Positions 12,091 through 23,505 of a stretch of DNA of 64,000 nucleotides are shown here, one piece after another; within the stretch, counting starts at the first letter, position 1, and each line of letters opens with the position of its first letter. Under the pieces are notes generated by a model, which was given only the letters and a program-made list of their open reading frames with translations, did no database searches and had not been told where the DNA came from. Source of the stretch: Paraspadella gotoi (lineage: Eukaryota; Animalia; Chaetognatha); contig CM119263.1 in NCBI GenBank assembly GCA_051294375.1, forward strand, positions 13,594,414-13,658,413. The letters are read 5' to 3'. A program made the translations under genes and the position numbers.

Positions 12091-12665
12091 CTTGTTGCTG
12101 TAAGTTTTTCTACTTTAGATATTTCGCCCTCCAGTGGTTGGTCGAGGGAGCAAATGTTACCAATTAGACCGAAAAATAACCACCGAACTCGTATTTATGT
12201 GTGAAATTCAAAATTTACAATATAAATTAAACTAAATTATTAATTAAGATCCTATATCAGTGTAAAAGCTGCAAACGATTCAATTTTTTGCGCTAAAAAT
12301 GATAAATTAGTTTCCCAGGGACAGGTCAGCCAATTGATTCAGGTCTGAAAAGTTTATCGATCCCTGCCTGTAGTGAATTCTTCATCCATCATTTTTTAAA
12401 ACCAAAAATCTCACCATAGCTGTCAAAACATTCGCTTTACGCTTTCATCCGCCTTGTAATTTAAACCATGGGTTGGTCCCTGTCGCTTACATTAATATCA
12501 CAAAATTCTCTGAAAAAAAGTTTCTAAAGTTTTTTATTAAAGAAAGTGAATAATTGAATGTGAGATAAACTGAGATTGCGGCACGTCATAAATTATTATC
12601 CTTGACTTGAGAGCGAAAGTTGCCCACACATGTGGTAAGTGCAATCCATTATCCTTGGAACAACA

Positions 12666-14493
12666 AGCCGAGATCAAAACGGCGATAGGTTAATTATTGA
12701 TCACCTTTCGAGAATTTTATTTTTTTCGAAATCAATTCATTTCTCTTTTCGTTTAAGCCAAGAAAATAATTAGTCTTCGTTTCTCAATTTTCTGACATGA
12801 TAAACTTTTATTTTGACCCGTAAGCCCGTGCACATCCATGATCGGAGGAGGCCTGTCTGCTCAATGTTTTCATAACGGCTATTTGACTCATCTTTCAAAA
12901 TCAAAAATGAAATAAAACGAGTTACAAAGAGAAGCAATCGCCGAATGCCACTGGGTTATATTAATACAATGATTGTCAATCGCTCATGAAAGCAACTAAT
13001 ACGCCGAGCAATGTAAGAAGGGTATGAAGAAAATTACGCTAAATGGTGGCAGGAACGCTTTAAAATTCGTAAATGCACGTTCAAAATAACCGTTTTTGAG
13101 AAGAAATAATCTATTTCATAAAAAAGACTTGCAGCAGTTCAAAGAAAAATGAAAACGTACCGCTTATGCATAATTCAAAAAAATTTTTGCGTCAAATCAC
13201 AGATATATGGCAATAATGGAATAAATTTTTAAAGCTATCGCTAACGCTCTATGCTCCGTGCCTTTGCAGCATGACTTGCATGCTATTGATCGCCTTCCTG
13301 TACGACAAGACGAATTCGGAGCGATATCGCAGGATGGAGCGATCCACCAGAAAGCGAGTTTCGCAGATTTCGCCGAACGAGGAAGAATCGCACTTGAGAG
13401 AAAAAAAAGGAAAACAGATTTGTATATTGTATATTGTATAATGCAATTGAGAGCGGATTGCGTTTGAACACGAGAGCTCACTTCTCTATAAATGTGATTG
13501 AGCGCGATCTCGGGTGAAACTCGCTGCGGTCGGACGAACTCTTCCGAAATCGGAAACGCCTCTACGGCGTCGGATTCCATGTGAGAGATTCTGAGGAGAA
13601 TACTGGAGACGTGAAGTAAGATGCACAACCTACCTACGGACGCATCTTGGACTAGGACCTTACCTCTGGGTGTCGACGAAGCATCGGATATGTTCGCGGA
13701 TCGGCGCGGTCCTCGAGTAAATGTCAGCGAAGGGAACGATGTTCCCGATCGGTCGACGATAGACTTGGGGATATTTGGCATCGGCGAAGACCGCGCCGAA
13801 GAAGCAAAACCCTAGAGAGAGATAGAAAGGAGAAAGGTTATTCAGAGAAGAGAGATAAAAGGTTAGAAAATAAAGGAAGGAGGAGAGAGGGAGCAACGAG
13901 AAAACAAGAAAATAAAAGCGTTGAGGAAAATTTTCCGATTCTAAAAAAAATGTTTACACAACGCCACCAATTAGAAAAATTGATCCTTTTTTTCACACCT
14001 GAAGACTTGTTGGGTGCCGTTTCCGCCAATTCCGAGAAGAGAGAATCGAATTGAGAAAAGTCCTGAGGAACCAAGAGTTCGTGAGCGGAGGAGAAGAGGA
14101 GGAAGGAGAAGTGATAGAGGCTCGTGTAGAAACAATCCAGGTAGGCGATGGCTGGAAGAAGTTGACAGGGGTCATTACAAGTGAAATTTAAAAAAAACGG
14201 ATTATAATTTAAGAATATTTTTATAGAAATGGTACTTCAAACCAATTTAACTCAAACTTAATCCACGTTTGAAAACTATTATGCTTTATCAGTAAACCTC
14301 AGTGAATCATTCAATCAGTCTGTTAATCATTTGTCTAACCTTGAGCCGCTTTATAGACTTTCTTCTCATCGACGGGCAGATGCCAGGGCAGCTCTTCCAC
14401 GAATCCTTCCTCGTCGTAGACTTGTAAGATCTTGTCGACACTCTCCGCGGTCATCAGATCCTCGCTGAGAGATCGAACTTGGACGATCACATT

Positions 14494-14550
<57 letters not shown>

Positions 14551-17509
14551 ATATGGTCAGGTTCTCAATATTCATTAAGGCGTAGTGAAAGTTACATACG
14601 AAAATTCTAAAAGTCAATTATGAACAACATACCATCAGTGAACATTAATTTGTAAAAAAAATTAATTTTATGTTTTTAATTTTCGCAGTTGGCTATATTT
14701 ATATATAGTACTATCCTTATAAAATCGAAAAATTTTAAAATAGGCTTTTCTTAATTTGATTGCAGATTTGAATTCCTCGTCAAAAGTTGATATAAGAAAA
14801 TATAAATCATTTTTAAAAATTCTTTCATTAAGTGGGTTAAAAATTAAAAAACTATATTTAATATATAAAAAGTTATTTTCAGCTTAAAATATAGCTTTTT
14901 CTAATTTTTGACCCACTTAATGAAGGAATTTTTCCAAAAGAGTTATATTTCTTTTTATCAACTTTTTATGACGAATCCAAATCTGCAAAAAAATTTTAGA
15001 AAAAACTGTTTTGAAATTTTAACATTCATTGGTTTAGTACTAGTATAAATATGGCCTACTCGTAAATTGTAAAATTTATTATAAATTTTTTTTATACATA
15101 AATGTTCATAAGTATAATGTTGTTCGTTCCTCACTTTAGAATTTACGATTAAAGTTAAACTTAGGAATTTTACTACGCCTTAATATTCATGTTCCTCCAA
15201 CATTACAATACAGAATGTTTAACTAACCTGTACTCCCAAGAGCTTGCTCATCTCGACGACCTGTACTATCTCCGACGCCTTCGTATTTCCGTCCAAAGGC
15301 GAAAGACAAACGGCGAACGTCTTTTGTTCGCCAATCGTCGCCGCCGGCTTCTTCCTCGAGAGGCGTTGGCGGTCGCGTCGGCACTCGGAGAGGAAGTTGT
15401 ACAGAACCCATCAAAGATCCCGAATCTAAGTTTAGATTGAAAAATTTCTTGAAATTACAAATAAAATTGAATATTACTAAGTACTGTGCTGAAACGAAAA
15501 ACAAACTCTTGCTTGAAATTTAACAAATCAAACGTGAGGTTTCTTACTAAAATGTCTTCAATAACAAAAGATCGGATTTTGATTTTCGAGCAAAGTACGC
15601 TCAAGGCCTTTGGTATATTTCGACTTGATTGAATTTTTTTTTGTTCTACAGTGTAAGAGTCGTTCGCTCACTGACATAAAATTTTTACATGTTTAGCCGA
15701 GATCAAAACGGCGATAGGTTAATTATTGATCACCTTTCGAGAATTTTATTTTTTTCGAAATCAATTCATTTCTCTTTTCGTTTAAGCCAAGAAAATAATT
15801 AGTCTTCGTTTCTCAATTTTCTGACATGATAAACTTTTATTTTGACCCGTAAGCCCGTGCACATCCATGATCGGAGGAGGCCTGTCTGCTCAATGTTTTC
15901 ATAACGGCTATTTGACTCATCTTTCAAAATCAAAAATGAAATAAAACGAGTTACAAAGAGAAGCAATCGCCGAATGCCACTGGGTTATATTAATACAATG
16001 ATTGTCAATCGCTCATGAAAGCAACTAATACGCCGAGCAATGTAAGAAGGTATGAAGAAAATTACGCTAAATGGTGGCAGGAACGCTTTAAAATTCGTAA
16101 ATGCACGTTCAAAATAACCGTTTTTGAGAAGAAATAATCTATTTCATAAAAAGACTTGCAGCAGTTCAAAGAAAAATGAAAACGTACCGCTTATGCATAA
16201 TTCAAAAAATTTTTGCGTCAAATCACAGATATATGGCAATAATGGAATAAATTTTTAAAGCTATCGCTAACGCTCTATGCTCCGTGCCTTGCAGCATGAC
16301 TTGCATGCTATTGATCGCCTTCCTGTACGACAAGACGAATTCGGAGCGATATCGCAGGATGGAGCGATCCACCAGAAAGCGAGTTTCGCAGATTTCGCCG
16401 AACGAGGAAGAATCGCACTTGAGAGAAAAAAAAGGAAAACAGATTTGTATATTGTATAATGCAATTGAGAGCGGATTGCGTTTGAACACGAGAGCTCACT
16501 TCTCTATAAATGTGATTGAGCGCGATCTCGGGTGAAACTCGCTGCGGTCGGACGAACTCTTCCGAAATCGGAAACGCCTCTACGGCGTCGGATTCCATGT
16601 GAGAGATTCTGAGGAGAATACTGGAGACGTGAAGTAAGATGCACAACCTACCTACGGACGCATCTTGGACTAGGACCTTACCTCTGGGTGTCGACGAAGC
16701 ATCGGATATGTTCGCGGATCGGCGCGGTCCTCGAGTAAATGTCAGCGAAGGGAACGATGTTCCCGATCGGTCGACGATAGACTTGGGGATATTTGGCATC
16801 GGCGAAGACCGCGCCGAAGAAGCAAAACCCTAGAGAGAGATAGAAAGGAGAAAGGTTATTCAGAGAAGAGAGATAAAAGGTTAGAAAATAAAGGAAGGAG
16901 GAGAGAGGAGCAACGAGAAAACAAGAAAATAAAAGCGTTGAGGAAAATTTCCGATTCTAAAAAAAATGTTTACACAACGCCACCAATTAGAAAAATTGAT
17001 CCTTTTTTTCACACCTGAAGACTTGTTGGGGCCGTTTCCGCCAATTCCGAGAAGAGAGAATCGAATTGAGAAAAGTCCTGAGGAACCAAGAGTTCGTGAG
17101 CGGAGGAGAAGAGGAGGAAGGAGAAGTGATAGAGGCTCGTGTAGAAACAATCCAGGTAGGCGATGGCTGGAAGAAGTTGACAGGGGTCATTACAAGTGAA
17201 ATTTAAAAAAAAACGGATTATAATTTAAGAATATTTTTATAGAAATGGTACTTCAAACCAATTTAACTCAAACTTAATCCACGTTTGAAAACTATTATGC
17301 TTTATCAGTAAACCTCAGTGAATCATTCAATCAGTCTGTTAATCATTTGTCTAACCTTGAGCCGCTTTATAGACTTTCTTCTCATCGACGGGCAGATGCC
17401 AGGGCAGCTCTTCCACGAATCCTTCCTCGTCGTAGACTTGTAAGATCTTGTCGACACTCTCCGCGGTCATCAGATCCTCGCTGAGAGATCGAACTTGGAC
17501 GATCACATT

Positions 17510-17566
<57 letters not shown>

Positions 17567-18708
17567 ATATGGTCAGGTTCTCAATATTCATTAAGGCGTA
17601 GTGAAAGTTACATACGAAAATTCTAAAAGTCAATTATGAACAACATACCATCAGTGAACATTAATTTGTAAAAAAAATTAATTTTATGTTTTTAATTTTC
17701 GCAGTTGGCTATATTTATATATAGTACTATCCTTATAAAATCGAAAAATTTTAAAATAGGCTTTTCTTAATTTTGATTGCAGATTTGAATTCCTCGTCAA
17801 AAGTTGATATAAGAAAATATAAATCATTTTTAAAAATTCTTTCATTAAGTGGGTTAAAAATTAAAAAAACTATATTTAATATATAAAAAGTTAATTTTCA
17901 GCTTAAAATATAGCTTTTTCTAATTTTTGACCCACTTAATGAAGGAATTTTTCCAAAAGAGTTATATTTCTTTTATCAACTTTTTATGACGAATCCAAAT
18001 CTGCAAAAAAATTTTAGAAAAAACTGTTTTGAAATTTTAACATTCATTGGTTTAGTACTAGTATAAATATGGCCTACTGCGTAAATTGTAAAATTTATTA
18101 TAAATTTTTTTTATACATAAATGTTCATAAGTATAATGTTGTTCGTTCCTCACTTTTAGAATTTTAATTAAAGTTAAACTTAGGAATTTTACTACGCCTT
18201 AATATTCATTTCCTCCAACATTACAATACAGAATGTTTAACTAACCTGTACTCCAAGAGCTTGCTCATCTCGACGACCTGTACTATCTCCGACGCCTTCG
18301 TATTTCCGTCCAAAGGCGAAAGACAAACGGCGAACGTCTTTTGTTCGCCATCGTCGCCGCGGCTTCTTCCTCGAGAGCGTTGGCGGTCGCGTCGGCACTC
18401 GGAGAGGAAGTTGTACAGAACCCATCAAAGATCCCGAATCTAAGTTTAGATTGAAAAATTTCTTGAAATTACAAATAAAATTGAATATTACTAAGTACTG
18501 TGCTGAAACGAAAAACAAACTCTTGCTTGAAATTTAACAAATCAAACGTGAGGTTTCTTACTAAAATGTCTTCAATAACAAAAGATCGGATTTTGATTTT
18601 CGAGCAAAGTACGTTCAAGGCCTTTGGTATATTTCGACTTGATTGAATTTTTTTTTGTTCTACAGTGTAAGAGTCGTTCGCTCACTGACATAAAATTTTT
18701 ACATGTTT
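12666..18708. repeat. Near-identical ~3.0-kb tandem duplication (12666-15694 and 15695-18708) containing GT92 exons 6-11
   Basis: Both units start AGCCGAGATCAAAACGGCG. Differences are almost all small indels. The second unit ends ~45 bp before the N-gap at 18753-18777. Confidence 0.95.
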
Positions 18709-20361
18709 TTACATGTTAAAAATTAAAGAGAATTTAAAGTGTTGCTAGTAATNNNNNNNNNNNNNNNNNNNNNNNNNATAAAAAAGGTTGCTATTTTTCC
18801 AAATTTATCATAGAATATATTGACAATTACCAAGCGTGACCGTCTCGGGAAGTTGAGGATCCTCTTTAATACCGTCCATGTATGGAATCGAACAAACAAA
18901 CATCCAGGCCCCGTAATGGAATCCTTTCTCGTATCGATTTCCTTGGGGTACATTTAAACAAAAATAGATAAAATCCTTTGCCTTGAATTAAATGGATTAA
19001 ATGGATTAAATGGATTAAACATAAATAACTAGTTATTTATGTTTAATCCATCTGGCTGGTTACTTCAAAGAAGTACTAAGAGATATAGATACTGAAACAA
19101 GTAATTTTGCTATTTTCATTGTCATGAAATTTTAAAATCAGCAATCTTGTCTCGTGATCTTGGACATGCTACGGTCGATTAAGGCCAAGAGCCCCTCCTT
19201 ACCCGGGACTTCGATGAGCGACGCCTGTTGCCCCTTTTGCGCGCTAAGCGTCGATTTGATGGGAAAGTAGCAGTTGACGGGTCGAATTCCTTTGGTGTTC
19301 ACGTCTTTGTGAATTAAAGCCAAAATCACGACGCTCGGCAAATTTCTGTTGAGGGATGAACCAAATAAGATGGTGATTTTTTGAAATGCATTTCAATCTC
19401 GATTCAGTAACCAATGGCAGGTTCTTCAATTAACACCGAAGATCATCGAATTACGTGACCGATGAGAAATGAACATTATAAGCCTCAACGCTCGTCTTTC
19501 CAATTGCCTTCCCGACGGCTCCGTCATTACCTTCTGCTGTCGTAAAAGGCTTTGTAGACAAAAACCTCGGGTTCGTCGTTGAGTTTTTGCCAAGAGGGCA
19601 GCAGCGCCGCGTTACGCAGCACGAGATTCCGTCGTCTCGCGGCGAAATCGGCGCTTTCCACGTCGTAGTCCGCTGAATGTGATTGATTGATTGATTGATT
19701 TAATTTATTCATTTATTTATAATATATTCATGCATTCAGCTAATTATTGAGTATAACTGATTTATTAATTAATTCTTTATTTTTTTACCGATTGATCGAG
19801 AGCTTGATGTGTTCATTAAATTATAGGATGAGTCATTGATTGATTGATTAATTGTTTGATTGGTTCATTGTTTTAAAAAAACCGTTCTCACCGTTTTCTT
19901 CCAACTGAACCATGAGTCTATTCGTGAGTCCTCGCTGTCGCCTCCTAACGTCCTTGACCGCCTCCAACACGTCCGGCTTCTTCGTTTCCCCCGCGATCTC
20001 CTTCCTCGATTTCGGATGTTTCTCTTTAACCTCATTTGCCGATCTTCTGTCGGATCAACGAATAATTAACGGAGGGAACACTGGATCAAATACGCTTTAT
20101 AATCACATTGAGAAACATGAGAAATGTTTTCGGTATTTAGTAGAATATCTTACATTCGCTCGCCTACCCCTTCAGCAGGCTCAGTCACTCCCATCCTACC
20201 TTAAAACCAGCTCAAACCGGTTCTAACCTGTTCTGCTGATTCTCGGCGAATTCGTAGGCGAATCTGGCGATGAAGATGGCGTCGACGAGGAGCACGACGA
20301 GGAGGAGTTTGCGGAAGTTGCTGCGCACGAAGGCGGAGGCGGAGCGGAAGAGGGAGGGCAT
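13249..20361 (-). CDS. Glycosyltransferase family 92 (DUF23/GALT-1-like) type II membrane protein, ~529 aa consensus; DxD motif degenerate
   Basis: Exons 20361-20228, 20046-19892, 19672-19531, 19345-19203, 18941-18831, 15425-15228, 14493-14340, 14151-13999, 13811-13664, 13590-13482, 13392-13249. Motifs: N-terminal anchor LLLVVLLVDAIFIA, WQKL..VFVYKAFYD.R, FAVCLSPL, VVEMSKLLGV, KILQVYDEEGFVEELPW, Q.AIAYLDCFY, NHIYR. Exon 6 is frameshifted in each of its two copies; the consensus of the copies restores the frame. Confidence 0.8.
14579..15179. mobile_element. ~600-bp foldback MITE with TTAA flanks (Kolobok-like termini); repeated at ~17595-18198
   Basis: Termini TTAA|GGCGTAGT...ACTACGCC|TTAA. 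Internal arms TGCAGATTTG...TTCATTAAGTGGGT and ACCCACTTAATGAA...CAAATCTGCA are reverse complements. Confidence 0.75.
19010..19051. repeat. Perfect 42-bp palindrome preceded by 9-bp AAATGGATT tandem repeats
   Basis: ATGGATTAAACATAAATAACT|AGTTATTTATGTTTAATCCAT. Confidence 0.9.
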
Positions 20362-23300
20362 GATAAGGTCGATGCTGCAGGTGGAGGTCGAGGAGGGACG
20401 CTGCAGGGTGATGACAAATGAGGAGGATCGACGCGAGAGCGAGTTGGGAGATTTCAATGAATTGAGATAAAAGAATGAGCTATGGACCAAGTCAGCGATT
20501 AGAATTACTGGGAAGGGGTCAAAATTTCGTGTCATCGAGTGGTTTTTGATGATATTCGAAGTGTGGTTTTAAGAAAATGATTTAATCTGAGTTTGAGTGC
20601 ATTTTTATTTTTAAAGAAATTCCGAAGAATGAACGACAGTTCTTAGAAACGCTCGTCGAATAGCGAGATTCGCTAAACAGGATCAACGTCAACGAAGCAC
20701 GCAAACCCAGAGGTTGTTTTTTTCCGGCGCTCGATACAAAGTCAAAATAATCTCATTGGCAACAAAAGAAAGATCGATGTGATCGGCGAGGTCGAACCGA
20801 CCAGAGTCGTAAAGTCAAGACGAGGTGAGTTGATGGATTGACGATCGAAGCTCCGAGAAATAAAATACACCCTTTTCAAAATTGTATGGCGAAGCCGCCA
20901 ATTTTGAAAAGACGATGAACTCAAGTTAAACGACGACGACGACGATGACGACCACCGGGGCGGAGGCGTCGACGATTCTCTAAAGCACACCCCTCTCTCC
21001 CCGCAAAAACAGGCTGAAAACCAGTTCACGTCAAAACGAAAGGAATTATCGCCGAATCTCCGAATTCGTTTCTTCGAGAAACCAGACGCCCAAGGGAGTC
21101 GACGGTTGAGCGAGGGATGGCGAGGTGACCGGGTATTTCCCGGGTTCGAAACCGGGATTTGACCAAATTGCTTCGTAATTTGTTTTGGTCGTTTTTATAC
21201 TGCGTTGTTTTTCTTCCTTTGAAAAATTAATTCGGGGCGAGACGGACGCCGTATTGCCGGATTGACCGGAAAGCCGAGAGTTGTAGCCTTCAGAAAACTG
21301 ACTTATCACAACGTCCTGCACGCCTTCCGGTCGGGCAACCACGCCAACCAGGCCGAGGAAGAACTCCTCTAAGCCGAAAGGAAAATATTTCGGTGGGTCT
21401 CCTCTCACCCCACCGTCCCTCCCTCTCTCCCACTGATCTTTTTTTTTTTAGAAAGAATTATGAAAAGAATATATTTTGGCGAAAGGCTTCGACGTTGACG
21501 ACCACGAGAAGGAAAAACCCTTCCTTTTTTTTTCCTAAAATTAGGTTGTTTTTTTTTTTCTCCTTTTTACGTTTGTTGCTTTTTTTCTTCAAAAGTTTTA
21601 TATCAAAGGTTTAAGGCTTATGTTTTTTTATTACATAAACAATAACTATTTAGATTAGTGGTCTTCAATTTTGTATTTTTTTATATTTTCTACTCATATT
21701 TTCCAACAATTTTATCGCTAGTTTACTAAATTTTATGCCCTTTCAATTGGTCCTCGGTCGGTTTGTTGAGTGAAAGGTTTTTGTCACTCATTTTCGCGAC
21801 ACGTACTACCCACGCTAGGCCCCCGCACTATTTGGTCCAAAAATGAGATTTTTTTATTCTCGACTTCGTGGCTCCGCAAATTTGATTTGTTTCCGACGCA
21901 GAAATGACTCACGCGTGGCAGCCGTTGCACCGTTTCCCCGGATCAGCAGGTAGCTGAAAGATGCAATGCTCGTTGTTGCAACGAGATAGGAGCGAACCAA
22001 TTTCCAAGCGTTTGTTTTGTTTCTGGTTTGCGAGTCATGGATGTAGTTCGAACAAGTAGGGGGTCGGAGAAAGGAATCCATGGGCATTGCGAGTTTACTC
22101 AGGCAGTCTTTTGTTCGGGAAAGCCGCATCAGAGAGGTTACGCGAAAAAAAAAATGATAACGCCGTAAAAACTAGGCAGATTATTCATTTTGCACTATTC
22201 CAAGGACTTTTGCATTTTTTCTTCCTATCAAATTAACAAATAGACTTTCATAAGCAGTGATTTTTTCACTGTAGTCTGTATCTATTCAACTAATTATTTA
22301 CACATTTAGATTTTCTTAAAAAAATATTTTTATGGAAAACGTTTTAAGTTTTATTCAATAGTAATTACAATAAAATCAAAGAAACAAGTCAATTCGTATA
22401 AATATATTAATAAAGGTAATGATAATTCACGCAACTACAGACGCCATACTGTTTATACAAAATCTTCGGAAAATAATTTATGAAGTACTTTTCAAAAAAT
22501 CTACTTCAACGCTAAGTATTAAAATATCGTAAAACACGACATAGCGATGTTTAGGCATATAATTATAAATAAGGCGCGCTTGCGAAAATCTATGTATTTA
22601 TTTAGGCGTAAACGGGTACGAGCAGCAGAAAAAAATAAAACAATGATTGATTTATTGCAGAAAAAAGTCGACATATTTTTTTCTCAAATAAGGACGTAAT
22701 TATTAATACAGTAAACTGTTTTTGTCTTGGGGGAAAAAAAATTTTATGGTTTCCTAAAAAAAGCTAGCGACGCGTCGATGAAAATGCACTTTTGGTGAAT
22801 TAATGAATTCATTCAGTTGTCAGTAGAAGCCTAGAAGGCTCTAATCTTTTTTATTTATGCGTAAAGTTTGTAAAAAAAGTCAAACCCAAGTTTTAAATTT
22901 TTCATTTAGTCAAATAGTTAACCAGTCAACTCTATCGGGTCAATAACGTTTTTTTTTTTAAAAATGATATGAAATGATATGACGTGAAATTTTTACGAAT
23001 CATAGGTTTTCAATCTACTAAGCAAAAAAGGCAGAGAGAAAAGACAACGAAAAACTTGAGGATTCGCCCGTATAACAATTTGGAATAACGAAAACCAAAC
23101 AAATGCATAATAATGTTAATCATAATACGCCCTACTAAGACTCAACTACTTATGTGTATGAGCTGGCCGGATATATTTCGAAACCGTCGGCGGAGACGTT
23201 TTCCTTCTGGTCTGGTTTATCATGTTAAAGATTATAGTTGTAATACTCTGTCGCCAATTAACACGCGGAAAGGAACCCGTGGTTATCTTGGTTCAATCAA

Positions 23301-23505
23301 ATTTGAAATTTTTCTACAATTTCCTTTGAAATTCTCCCTTCGATATTGTTTCGAACCATGTTTCAATACATCTCGTACAATCTTTAGAACAATTTTTTTT
23401 TTTACGTTTCAGGTCGAGAACAAAAACAAATTAGTCGAAAGTACATGTCTTGAAGCAAAGTTCCAAATGAATGTTTCTTATTTTTTATTTCTTATTTATA
23501 GAGAC

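Noticed and set aside
21095-21160. GGTTCGAAACC resembling a tRNA T-loop/B-box
   Set aside because: The T-stem is mismatched, and no acceptor, D or anticodon arms could be built.
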